Source: Guillardia theta CCMP2712
Lineage: Eukaryota; Protista; Cryptophyta
Length of the DNA: 64,000 bases
Direction: 5' to 3'
Assembly: GCF_000315625.1 (NCBI RefSeq)
Contig: NW_005434648.1
Coordinates: forward strand, 676,236 to 740,235
In this document: one piece after another, positions 26,550 through 39,166 of the stretch
How positions within the stretch are numbered: position 1 is the first letter of the stretch
How the letters are laid out: each line of letters opens with the position of its first letter
Position numbers and translations under genes: made by a program
The notes under the pieces: model-generated
What the model was told of the DNA's origin: nothing
Seen by the model: only the letters and a program-made list of their open reading frames with translations
The model's database searches: none

Positions 26550-28010
26550 ATGTCGGAGCCATGCAGAAAGAGAGCGAGGGAGGACCGGGAGGACAGTGAG
26601 ACCAAGGAGCCAAGTTTTGACGAGCTAGTGGATGCAGCATCGCGAGTGCTGAAGGAGGATGGCGAGATGAATCACAAGAAGGTTCTCAAGACTCTCAAGC
26701 AACAGCTCCCGCGCTGGCGCATCACCGACAAAAAGCTCCACAAGGCCATCATGCACATCCGATCCGCTCCCAAGGAAGTGAAGGAACAGGTCCACCTGAA
26801 CACGGAAGGACGATTGATGGGTACGCCGAAAGGTTTCAATTATGACTTCAAAGCTATTGACGCGATCGATCTTTCCGACAAGATGATTCTCAAGAAGCTT
26901 GTCGGTGAGTGTGAAAAAGCTTACAAGAAGAAAAGCTTTTGGCTTGCGGCAAACGCGAAGCCAAGATTCACATTAGAAGCACTCGCAAAGCAAATCTTTG
27001 GTGAGCCGTAGAGATGAATTGAATTTATCTTATCATTGCTTTCCCGACAATCATCAAAACAAATGGATTTGACGGTCGGTCGATTGCTTCTGAACAAAAC
27101 GCAAAAGAATTTCACACAGCCGACGTCAAGGGGTATGATGAGACAAGATCAGGAGCAGAATGGTGATGTTTGTGACGTCACCGGCACGACTTATCTTCAT
27201 GCAGGTGGGTGCAGTTCAGGGGAACAAAGTCAGCTCATGGCAAGTCCATCGGCTTTCATTGGGATAGGGATGAGTTCTATGCGGACAGAACTGATCAGAA
27301 CGTCCATCCTCAGGTGATTCGTCGTCGATCAAAAATCGCTTTGAGTCATCTGAACATCTAGATCGGGACTGTGACGTACCTCAGCGAGCATGGAGCTCCT
27401 ACCCTCGTGCTCGATCAGGTCAGGAAGCAAAATGAGAGCGAGACTCTGACCATGTTGTGCCAAGAGTCCGATTCCCAAAGGAGAATCGCGGGACATTCAC
27501 TCAGGTGCTCTTAGCCACCCCAAGCTCGGCAAGCATATCTGCTTCGACGGCAGATTTCTGCATGGAGTCCCGGCCGAGCTCTCGCGCCACCTCAAGGAGG
27601 ATCAGTTCACACGGATCACCTTCCTCGTCAACATCTGGATTTCCCACATCCCTACTGACACGGCGCCATGGCCGGAGGAGGATGTCAAGAGCATGTCCAC
27701 GTTTTCTCTTCCTGTCTCCTTCTCGCAGATTCTTCTTCGCTCGCCTACTGCCGTCACTGTCGACCATAAATGCCCAGTGGGTTCTGTTCTCACAGTCAGG
27801 TCGCTGTCGTGAGACCACCCGCAGGTGCAAGGATTCGCTTTCGGACGGAAGGGGGAATCGCATGAGCTTTGGCTTCCAACACCACGAGGAGGAGGATCGC
27901 CGGATGACAACATGGTCATCAGACTACAATCCGAACTTGACTCAACTCTTTCTCAGGTCTTGACCTTCACCAGCAAGGCTCCTGCTCGACTTGTCCGCTC
28001 CATGAAATAG
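26550..28010 (+). CDS. Conserved hypothetical protein, 2OG-Fe(II) oxygenase-like
   Basis: Spliced reading gives SGAEWWVQ..IGFHWDRDE..HPQIGTVTYL..GAPTLVL..KHICFDGRFLHGV..RITFLVNIW, an HxD...H...R pattern. Confidence 0.6.
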
Positions 28011-28242
28011 CATTTACTTGACGCTTACCAAAGGTGTCATGACATCACAAGAAAACGACTAGAAACGAGGGGGATTGGTCCTTGCTATCTTACTGCTTGG
28101 CTGATGCAGGAGCTTTCTGTTGATACATTCCGTCGATAATGTTCCTACACCGACAGAAGTAAGGATTGGAAGGACAAAAAATAAATGAAATGAATGTCGT
28201 TACTTGTTCTGTTTCTTGATGAGCAATCGATTCAAGCTTCCA

Positions 28243-31200
28243 TCAGCATTGATTTCTCCAGACTTCTTCGAAAAATGCTTGACGAGGATAGAAAATCGTC
28301 GGACCTGTTTTCTATTAGAAAACATTTGCACAACAGAGATTGCGAGCACCTGTTGTGCCGGCACTGCGATCTCTTGATTTGCTGCAGCAAAGCCAGGAAG
28401 AAGCCCGTTCGCCCTGAACTTCGTGCAGGCCCTGGCTTTCTGAACAGTGGTTGCATCGCTTTGTACTTTCCTTGTCAGCTCCAGAGCAGGTTCAGCAAGA
28501 TCGTCTTTGTCTGGGATAGTTGAAGGATCTTCTCCTCTTTCAGCTGCCTCAGATCCCTGTAAAGACAGTCAAAATTTTGTTTTGAGTCCATATCCTTTGG
28601 AGATCAAACCTTTGTCTTCAAGACCAGCATGCATGACAAGAATTCTTTTCCGCTCCCTACAACCATGACGTGCGCTACCGCGTCCAGATGCCTCAATAGA
28701 ACCTGAAGCAAGATACGATCAGATCGATTCTTCTGAGAAAGACACTCACTTTCTCGAGGTTGATTGCCTCGACTTTGCTTCCATCCGACAACTTCAATAC
28801 ACTCTCATCATCCTCGTCTGTTTCTGCTGGAGCTTGACTTGATTCAGCTTGCTTCTGCTCAGTCGGTGCTGCTTGCACAGTGGGAGGAAGTGAATCTTTG
28901 CTTGTCGCAGGAGCTTCAGGAGCTGCTGGAGGGGCGGGCGGAGCTGGAGGTTCAACCTGCGGGGCTGGCGGTGCAGGTGGGGGTGGGGGGGGCATCTGCG
29001 GAGCCGCCGGAATCTGCGGATGTGATGTAGGCGATTGCGGAGCAGATTTTCTTTCAGCCGGTGGCGGAGCCGGTTGAGAAGATGGAGAAGCAGGGTGTTG
29101 GGCAGAAGAAACTGGAGCAGAAGCTTCAAGCTGATCTGAAACTCCGGCGCCAATCTCTTCTTCCTGTGGTGTCTCCATTTCTTGCTGTTCTGCATCTGAA
29201 AGTTCGGAAGGACCTGGTCCGTAGTACATCACCTCCTTAGTTTTCACATCTTCAACCTTCCACATGCCATCTGGCATTTGGATTCCTGGTGTCGAGCCTG
29301 TGCGCAAAAGGATTCGCCCCCTCCACTTGAAAGATTTGTCATCAAACGCTTCACCCCGGGCTGCGGCCATGCAATCCTGGACTAGACTTTTCCAAAGAGG
29401 TGGATTGCACATTGGATGTAAAACAGGAACGCCTTTTCCGGGCATCAGCTGCCTTTCGGCAAAAGCCAAAGGTTTCACACCCTTCTCGCCTTCGACTCCT
29501 TGCATTTTCAACTTCTGATCCCGTTTCAAGGTATACTTAATGTTCCCTCCCGCAGTCTTGAAGACGACGTCTAATTGAGAGTCTTGAGGACCAATCAACA
29601 TTTCATTTAGAATCTGCTGAATCTCATCGAATTTTCCCTTTCCAAAATGAAGGTTGTCAATCGACACCAATTGGTAGTACTCACGGATGCCGTCAAATTT
29701 CCTGCCTGTTGGAGTTAACAATCCAGGGACCAGCTGCTCCCCAGGTGCCGTTTCCGCATACGATCCTGGTACTATGCCATCTTTTTCAACATAGAGAGTC
29801 TCATTATGGTAGGAGAAACTGATTCCAGGGCTATACCATTCCTGCACTCCCGTCTTTGTAATGATTGGAGCGCGTGGTACCAAAGCTTCATACTTTTTCC
29901 CCGTTCGTTCGAACTCTATCAGAACATCTGTTCCAGGCTGACCATCAGTGATAGCATGGGCCCATTCATGAACGGTTTTTTTGTAAACGTCTTGGTAGGG
30001 GAACACTTGCACTGGACTTGTTGGAGCGTCACCAATCTTGTGCACCACATCGCCAGGCAAAATCTTCTTCACGTCCCAATCAGCAGAAATATTTTTTGGA
30101 TTCAAGTGGAATGCAGGTCCGTTCAAATTCAAATGGTCCACCACAACCTCACCTCGATCTTCTTTTTTGACAAATGAGATACCACAATGCACACCACTCA
30201 AGTTTGCAACATATTTCTTCTGAGGAACCATTCGTGGGCGCATCACGCGTACGGGCTTTTCATTATTTGGAGACGGAATGTTGATTGCATTGGGATCCAC
30301 CTTTTTCAGATTGATGAAAGTGGAGAGGTCTTTTTGATCCATAGCGTCTTCAGCTTCAGGGGCAACAATTCCCACAGGTTTTCTAACAACGTTACAAGTG
30401 TACAGCTCCCCTTTGAAGTTTGCAAACGTCATAACACATTCTGTGTCTTCTTTGCCAGTGAGAAGATTATGCCAGGTTTCAAGAGGTTTTCTCGCTATAT
30501 CTTGTCCATTGACCTCTAAAATCCTGTCGTTGACCTTGACCACGTTCCCTAACAAGTCAGCAGGACCATTTGGTATGACTTGTTTTACCCTAACCCAACG
30601 ATGACCACCAAGGTCTTGGTGGAACACAATGCCGACCTCACAGTCTTCTCGTTTCACACCGGTTCTCCCTTTGTACATTGTTACATCATAAAATTCAGAG
30701 TCCGGAGCTCCGGCATGCCGCAATCGGAGAATGACCCTGTCCATCCACAACTTTTTAGAAAGCATTTTTTTCATGGTTGCCAATGGTCGAAAACCGCCAC
30801 GAATGGGTACTAGTTGATTCCTTTCGTTTCCTATCCCAATGAGCCAGTCGCCTTCTTGAATTTTGTCCTTGCCATATTGCTTGGCAGGTCCGTTATCGAT
30901 AACCTTTGCAATCCGAATCTGGCCATTACCGTAGTTCTTGAATGCGAGACCCAGTCCAAAGATATCTGATTCCCCTGTCGTAGGCTGATACTCTCTCGCA
31001 GGAGTCAAGTCAACCAATGCTGCCTTGGGCGCTACAGGACCTGGACCAGTCGGTTGAGGTGGTGGCGCGGGTGGTGCAGGAGCTTGTTGGGGTGGAATTG
31101 GTTGTTGAGCGACCTTTGGCGTAGTTGAAACTTGGAAAGAAATTTGAGGCTGCTGAGGTTTAGGCGCAGTGCCCGATGATCTCACGAGATTAATCTGTGC

Positions 31201-32379
31201 AAGCCCACCCTTGGCCTTTTGTAACCGCAAGACCATGACAGAGCCTTCCGGTCCACGGAGCATTTCCGCTATTTCGACAGGGTGTACAGTGCGCCCATTT
31301 GGTCCGATTCCGTAAAAAACTTTAACACCATCAATTTCGTATATGATGTCACCTATTTCGACATGCCCACTGACATCAGCAGGCCCCCCAGGCTTAATGT
31401 GTGTAATCTGGAAGCATCCATCGTCGGTGGAGTCAAATTGAATGCCAATATCAGCTGCACCAGAAACATTTGAAGTCAATGGTTGCTGCGCTCGTTGCTT
31501 CTGTTTGTTCGCAGCTTGGTTTGGATCCTCTGGATTCAAGGTACGCTCGAGTAAGACCGCTCGAGCATTGTTTGGATCTCCATTTTTGAAAACTTTGACT
31601 TCCACAAAAGTGCCAACAGGTCCCTGGATGTGCTGAACAAATACCTAATGTACGCATAAGATTTCATCATGCGGTTAGTTACTTCTTACCTGGAAAGGCT
31701 TTTTGTATACATCGTGATTATCGACTTCAAACACTACGTCTCCAGGCTGAATTTGTCCAGATTTTTCAGCAGAGCCTCCTCTAGCTAAGCGAACGATTTC
31801 AAGCTCATTCTTTTCATTTGGTTTCAGAAAAAGGCCAACACCACCTATAAAGTTTGTAAGTGGAAAGCGAGAAGACAAGGTTCACAGGCGAATGAATCAC
31901 AAACCGATAGGTGTTTGTTGAGCTTGCACTTGATAATTCTCCAGGGGAGGAACTGGAGGAGCTGCAGGAGCTGTGGGGGGAAGAGGTGGTTGAGGCCCTT
32001 GTTCATATTGCTGCTGCTGAGGCATGTAGTTCTGCAAAGACGTTTCTGGCATCCACACCGCTGGTTGTGCTATTCAACAGACGTCACAATTTGAAAACAA
32101 TACAACAAAAGCGAAAACAGTACCAGGGGCATTTGCCTCGTTTTCAGATTCATCTGGGATTGCAAAATACTCATGGCCTTGTCTCTTTCCTGAGTAGTGG
32201 AGAGCCTCGAAGCACTGAGAAAATGCAACTCAGGGATTCCTCAATGATCATGCAAAACAAGAGTCTAACTGAAGAAGAATGAGTCATACCTCCACACAAA
32301 AGCTTTCTTTGCATTGCTGGCAGAAGAGAGAAGCTGGTGTGTCATCGCATAAATCGCAGATCTTCCTTCTGCTTGCCAT
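28243..32379 (-). CDS. B-box zinc finger + multi-PDZ protein with Pro-rich linkers
   Basis: First exons read MASRRKICDLCDDTPASLFCQQCKESFCVE/CFEALHYSGKRQGH (B-box). At least five PDZ-like units (GVGLFL..GGSAEKSGQIQPGD, IGIQF..GGPADVSGHVEIGD, LGLAF..NGPA, VGIVF..NGPADL, CGISF..NGPA). Confidence 0.8.
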
Positions 32380-33161
32380 GGCTGTTACCGCTGCCGCCGC
32401 TCCTCTTCAGAGGATGCTGCCGAACATCACCCCCACCCCCCGGGCAGTTCCACGGGTACCACCCCTAGAGAACTTCGGAAAAGGACTACCCCACTGACAT
32501 TTCTCCCGCTAGTCCTAGAGGTGCACCGCTACCACAGGCGGTTCATGTCGACAGGACCCTACCCCCATTTGGTCTAGCTACCACCCCCTAATAACTTCAA
32601 TTTCTCGGACCCTCCGGTGTGACACCGATTTGCAGAGACAGGGGCCTGCCGCAGTGCCGTTCTGCATACCACCCCACCCCCACCCCACCCGCTCCGCTAC
32701 CCCTGTCAGCCCCTTACCGGTGTTTCCGACCCGGTGGCCGATCGTACATTTGGAGCCATCCTACTGCACCCACCCCCTTAGCCTACCATTGGATTCCGTC
32801 CTTTCCTGGGAAAATCCGGGGTAGTATTTCAGGGGGTCAGTTCTTTTTGGCGATGAAAGCCAGACAGGAGGGGTGGTTTGAGTGCACAAATTTGAATTCT
32901 TGGTCGAAGGAAGGGGGGTCCCCCAACGCAACAATAGGGGGTGGTAGATGCTAATGCTGTAGTAGGGCCTGGGGTGGGTAGTAGTCGGCCCGGAGGCCTG
33001 AAGTTGGGCTTCAAGGTAACGGTCAACCGGGCACCGAGAACTTTGAAACTTTCGAAAGAGAATATTCAAAGTTTGAAGTTCTTGTTGAACTGGTCACGCC
33101 CGACAGGTTCTGGACCCGGAGGCCTGCTTGACACTCGACTAGCGCCCAGGAAGCGGCCCCC

Positions 33162-33755
33162 ATGGTGAGCGGAGCTTTCGCTGTCAACTGTGCACCCTTG
33201 CCAAGAACGCTGCATGCTGGGATAAGAACAAGAGGATTATCCTCACCCTCTCATGCTTTAATCACGCGGCTACCATATCAAACGAAACAAGCAGAGCAAA
33301 CAATCTCTTACTTCTCGCCCTTGAGCCCGAGCATGCCAACAGGTGATGCACGAATCAGGTTGCATGCAGCAAGCACAGCCATTCCTGCTGTGACTCTGAA
33401 AGGATTCATCCTCTTGAGCTCATGCATTGCATGCGGCGTCTCTGGTGCTACAAGCATGAAGCTTTCTAATGGTTTCAAGAATTTTTGGCCCAGTGTGATG
33501 ATTTTTGTGTCTTATGCTTTGGCCTTCGTACTCTTTACAAAGGCGCTCTTGCTTTGGCCGCTATCTATCGCATACGCTGTATGGTCAGGGCTAGGAACGG
33601 CTGCGACGGCAGTGATAGGCGTCGCGTTTTTCAAGGAAAGCCTGAAACCAGTTCATCTCTTAGGCCTGGCGCTTATCATTGTTGGGGTATCCCATGTATG
33701 GTTTCCTTGAAAGGCTCTGACTGGTTTTTATCAGGTTTCAGTGATGAATCTTTGA
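33162..33755 (+). CDS. SMR (EmrE/QacE-like) small multidrug resistance family transporter
   Basis: GATSMKLSNGF, PLSIAYAVWSGLGTAATAVIGVAFFKESL, GLALIIVGV. Terminal intron 33687-33734, then VSVMNL-stop. Confidence 0.85.
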
Positions 33756-34359
33756 AGCAGACTGCAACATGCACCTTGAAGACAATGAACCTGTGCGCAA
33801 CACCAGGAGATGTCTACAATTTCCCCTCATGCTTTTTCCACTGGATTGCAGCATTTTGCACCACAATCCCGCAACGCTACATCTCAACTGTTTCACTAAC
33901 AAACCTTGTTTTGGATATTAATCAGAAATGCTGTTAGAACCGAATACACGATGAAGTCACCAAGAACTCTCTATTTGGAATCAAAAAATAAGTTCTACAC
34001 GAACAACAGCACGATAATAAAAATTCTCAACTTTTACTGCACTAGCTCTCTCCTTCGCCCTCGTCAACAACTGCTTCCTTTCCTGCCAGTTGGATCCCTA
34101 ATCGAGAATGCACCAATTTCTTGTCATCTGCATGAAGCCATCACAGATGTTAAAGCTCGAGAGCAAACCTAGCGATGATGTTGTTGATGATGACGATGCA
34201 GTTTTGGAAAGGGTTACGTCAAGCTGCTCGTCACTCAACGGGTGTCTGCCCACAAGTCACATGGAAAAATACAAAAATGACCTCTTGCCCAGCTGGAAGA
34301 CCGCATGCTGCTGTGAACTTCTTTCGAGAAGCCATGTCAAGCTCCTGACCATGTCAAGC

Positions 34360-35458
34360 ATTCATGATGCGTCATCACAGCTACCCTCCGACTCACAGGA
34401 ACTTGATGAAGAAATGGACAGATGCTGTGACAGGCCGCGTGCGGCTGTCGATTGGAGCAAACTTTGCACTATGTGAAGTCAACAACATTGACATTGACTC
34501 CTTGCATCAATGATTTACCGTGCAGATATTCAGTCGAAAAGGATTTGGGAGCCTCTGTACCTTCTTTGGCAGCGGCATGAAGGATGAAATTGTGGAATCC
34601 AGCGGCTGACCATTTCAAGTTTAACAGAAGTCCAAAGTAGCTACCAATACTGACCTGGCCATACTGACAGTATCCACGACGAACGATCAGGGACATTCCA
34701 TCTTTTCCCTGCCATACAATGAGGAACGATGAGGCAACAAATCCTTGGACCTTAATGGCTTCAAGATATCTGGGACCGCAGACCCTGCTAAGATAAGTTC
34801 CAGGAGTGCTCCGTTCTATCACACACCAACGAATGTCTCGACAACCATAGATATCTGATTGCGTCTCAAAAATGTAATTGTGGTGATAAAAACACATCCC
34901 AGCATCTTGACAAAAGATCTTATGACACGCTGCACTGCAAGTCGCTGTACAACACATGCTACAAAATGCACTTTGAGTTGAATTCCGAAAGGGGGTACCA
35001 CATGGACACTTGAGCTTGGAGAGACTTACAATCATCTCTTCTCCCGCATTCAGTTTGTACACGACATCGTCCGAGGACGTCAGTGTGCTCCATTCTCTTG
35101 ATTTCTGAAATTGCGGAAGGCCTCCCACGAGACGATGGCCGCGATCTGTGGCGCTTTCTGCACAGTAATAGCACATCCGTTGCTTCAGGTCAGGTGAGAA
35201 CCACACAGCACGGAGATGCTCGTGGAGGTAATGGCTGCATGCGATGTTGTCCTCGAAGTATTCGCTCTTCAAGGAAGGGGCACGATCTACGTGTTTCTTC
35301 TCATCACTGTCAACACTCTCTCCTGCAAATATCAAAGGTTGCCCGATCTTGTCGTGAGAGCTGTATTCACGTAAATCATTGACGATCTCATCAAGAGCAA
35401 CTTCATCTGATGCAATTAAAGCATGACCTTTATTGCTCGCGCAGAAATGCACACTCAC
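34360..35458 (-). CDS. Hypothetical Cys-rich protein (putative zinc-binding), multi-exon
   Basis: 329-aa ORF with CYYC, CPCG..CSMCCTATCSAACHKIFC; spliced continuation toward ~34360. Both ends are uncertain. Confidence 0.5.
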
Positions 35459-36041
35459 CTTCCTGACTTCTCGCTCTCAGTTTCCGTGTCTTTGTTCGTC
35501 CAGTCGGCGGACGAGGAGGAGGCCCCTGCATGGCGGTGCTCCGATCAAACTGCCATACCAACTTCGGAACCACCTCTTTCACTCAATCAACCCCCAGTCA
35601 CCCGGTTGAAACCTCAATTTCACACTGACAGTCGGCGCCGGGCGGCGCCGGGGCCCGGGGCGGCGCGCCGCCGTGCCCACTGGGCCTGAGTCGGAGCCTC
35701 GGAGTGACACTGTGCCGGTTACCGGCCGTCTGGCACTGCGGCGGCAGCCTTGCCCCCAATCGGGTGACTCCGACTCACAGACTGAGAGTCAGCGGCCAGC
35801 GGTGCGACTGCGGCCTGGCACTGTGCTCTTGTTGACTGACTCCCGAGTCCGGCGCCGCGATCGAACGGTGCCGCGCCTATACTGATGTCGGTGCCAAACT
35901 TATTCTCTTATAGACTTACTACCTAGACGAATTTTCAATTTGGTGGACAACATGTCTTGCAATCCTTCCATCACGCTTCTTCTTCTATCAATCTCCTGCA
36001 GCTGAAGCTACGAAAGAGTCAGCAAAGACCGTGACACTGAT

Positions 36042-36935
36042 TCAGTTGCAGCTCACCTGCAATCGTTCGATCTCTGAGTTTGAGGTGGAAAGTTCAGAAG
36101 AACGTGATCGGCTTGAAAGTACTTGAACATCCGGTGGATTCTGTTGCACCTGATTGAACGCCTCGGGATCACTTGGCATCGTGGTACTCGAGTCTGGCAG
36201 CCTGAGAGGAATGTTGTTTCTTCCACGATCGCTGTCAGGTTCACCAAGTCCTCTCAGTGATCTAGTCGAGTCCTGTAGTATAGATGATAATGATGCGATG
36301 TCGTCCTTCTTGGGCAGTGACCAGAGCTCAGCGGTCTCTCGCCACACCGGTCTGCTCGCACTGGGAACAGTGTTTGGCCTCGTTCTGTTCAGAAGCGGAA
36401 CTCTCTCGTCTTCTCTTTTCAGCGATTGAGTTGCACTTTGTTGAGAGAGGAGAAGCAACTTCCATTTGTCACCCGCTGCGATGTCTAATGAAGAAATCAA
36501 ACTTTGACTTACAAGTGAGAGATCTGCGACGGTGTTGATCCTGCGCCCATGCAGAGCCGCCAGCGTGTTGTACTCCACACCATAGCGCAGAAGAAGTACC
36601 GCAAGCGCCCGATCCATGTCCTTCATATCCCATATTGTTGCACTTCCAGGATGGGGCAATGGCTCATGAAAGCTCTGAGAATCGTTCCAGCTCTTCTTTG
36701 ATAGTTTGAACAGATGCCGGGACATCATGACCTCCATCACTTGCTTGCATTTCATGGGCATCAAGATCTGGTTGGCTCTCATCAAAGACTTCGAATACAA
36801 TTCCTGCTTTGCTCTATGCATTATAACCTTAGAGTCTCGTTGTAAAGGCAAGCCATCAGCTGACCATGAAAAGGTTCTTGCTTGTCCATCCTGAGACTGA
36901 GAATGTGAGAACTCTGCCGCCAACTGTGATTTCAT
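36042..36935 (-). CDS. Hypothetical protein with a possible SAM-like domain
   Basis: 297-aa ORF; LAVLLLRYGVEYNTLAALHGRRINTVADLSLVSQSLISSLDIAAGDKWKLL resembles a SAM domain. Confidence 0.5.
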   Translation of the reverse strand: MKSQLAAEFSHSQSQDGQARTFSWSADGLPLQRDSKVIMHRAKQELYSKSLMRANQILMPMKCKQVMEVMMSRHLFKLSKKSWNDSQSFHEPLPHPGSATIWDMKDMDRALAVLLLRYGVEYNTLAALHGRRINTVADLSLVSQSLISSLDIAAGDKWKLLLLSQQSATQSLKREDERVPLLNRTRPNTVPSASRPVWRETAELWSLPKKDDIASLSSILQDSTRSLRGLGEPDSDRGRNNIPLRLPDSSTTMPSDPEAFNQVQQNPPDVQVLSSRSRSSELSTSNSEIERLQVSCN

Positions 36936-37439
36936 GCTGCCACACTTGCAGACCTCTTCTCATTCAAGTCTCTTCCTCAGCTGGTCTTCAACCTGAGTCC
37001 TCTTGCTGGGAGAAGCATCTTTGTTCTGTCAGGCTTTGAAGAGGTCATATAAGAATTTCATATCTTTGAGTGTTACAATTTTCAATTGTCACAGGCTGAA
37101 TTTGAGAACAGGCTGAAAATTGTACCAAAATCTTCAACGGTCAGTCATTTGACAAGTCACACCACTGCCAAGTGACGGCGCGGCCGGGCCCGGCGGCGAA
37201 CTTCATCATACACCGTGGCACGGTGACAGGCGGAGTCGGACGGTCACAGTGGAACTAACTTCTCACTGAGTTCTAGAAAGGTTGAGGGCATCTCTACGAA
37301 TCAAAGCTACTAGTTGATTTGAAATGGTCATCATATCTCTGACTTGCTCAGATGATCGGATCATTGGTGGCACAGTCATAGGCTTCATTGAAGGAAGATA
37401 ATCCTTTTAATCTAAAACATACTGAAGCACACGGGAAAA

Positions 37440-38496
37440 GATAGCGCAACTAGTTTTCGAGTCGAACTTGCAGAAGGACTCTTCAGGCTTTATCAGTACC
37501 TGTCTGACATACAGTGTCAGTTGTTAAATTAAATGACTTAGTATGAAAAAATCAATTACACCTATTTTCCAGCCTTGTCTGGTTTCATCCACTTTGCAAG
37601 CATTTTCGCTTCCTCTCCCTACGGTATGCAAATCATCGAATCATATGCAAACTTTGAGCCGAGTCTCACAGTCTCAGCGTAGATTTCCTTGATCTCATCC
37701 AAGTTGGCCTTGACCTGTTTTACATACAGAGCTCAGGGGGCACTCATCTTTGAGCAGCAAGGTACCTTGTCTTCCTCGGCCTTGGGATCAAATTCAGAAA
37801 TCTGGGACTTAACAGTTTCGTTTGAGCTTTAGAATAATTTCCAGTCAGGCGAAATTCGTTTCAACAACAGTGCTTGTTCAACCTCTTGGCAAAAGTAGCA
37901 AAAGCAGTAGCAATGGCCCGGCTGAGGTCCTTCTCTTGTCCTTCTCCTAGCCTACATGATACATTCACTGACTCGCAATTTGCACTCAAGTGAAAGCGCA
38001 CAATCCAAGCTTGGTTGTCTTGGCGTGTGCTTGAGCGAGCTCCTTCACGACCTCTTGTCAACACAGGTCCTAAACTTCAACACAACACTCACGATCCTTC
38101 CCGACAGGATGTTGCGGATATCATCTTCCTGCGTGCTATCGCCCGCATTGGCATTGGAAACGAACGCTACTGCACATGCTCCCAACACAATCTTCAGGGA
38201 TATCAGTTAAAAGAGTATCTTCACAAGACCAAGAAAGTACCATGGAGACAGCAGCTGCAATCTGCGAGTTTGAAAGAATTCAGATGACATATCCACATTT
38301 GTCAATTCAGAATGTACAAGGAGAGACTTGCAAAGTCAATAGGGGGAACAGGTTGGCAGAGGGAGAGAAGTTGAGACAATGGTATATCATAGAAGCAAAC
38401 TAGTAGGACCTGGAGGCGTCGCTGGCGCCATGGCGTGGGAGTTGGGTTCACCTTTTCCTCCACCATCAATCGCTCACCATCGCTTCCAGCCAGCAT
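37440..38496 (-). CDS. Hypothetical multi-exon gene
   Basis: Short coding-like segments between GT..AG introns (LKIVLGACAVAFVSNANAGDSTQEDDIRNILSG; EVVKELAQAHAKTTKLG; VKANLDEIKEIYAET). Confidence 0.35.
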
Positions 38497-39166
38497 GTTC
38501 TATTTCCGCTGCTTCTTTTTCGGGTGGCCTTCCGACTACCCTCAGTTTGACTCATACCACCCACCCATTGCAGCTGACCACCCTCAGCGACTCAGACAAC
38601 AGTGCCAGGCTGACTCCGGGGTAGGGTCTCCGACTGAGAAGGGTTCACTCACAAGGGATCCGATTATCATCCGATGATCAGGGGCCGACGAGTCGCCCGG
38701 CGGGTCGGGTCCGATCGCCGGGTGGCCCCGCGGGCCGGGCCCGGCGGCGCGGCCAGTCACTGAGTGCCGGGGTACCGTAGGGTGGCACGAGACTCGCTCA
38801 CCGGCGTCACGGCGCGGTCACTGCCCGGCGGGGTGCCGCCGACTGATCCGATGATCCGATCCCGGTGACCCGGCGTGCTCTCCTTCTCAGCCTGGCCGAC
38901 TCGTCAGGCTGCCCGCCACACAGGGGGGCCTGAACGAGTCACTCATCGGATCAGTCCGAGTCCGAACCCTCGCCGGAAGACTCGGAGACGCGGCGGGCCC
39001 TCAGTCAAAGTTCCTGCCCGGCCTCTTTTCTTCAAGGCCCTTGTTTTGAGTCAACCGGCCGGGTTTTCATTTTTTTATATATACTTGTTTCTGGTGCGGA
39101 CTCGCTGCTCATATGTTCATGAGCTTTCCCATTTGAGTAAACCTGTGGATAGGACAAAGGACAGGC

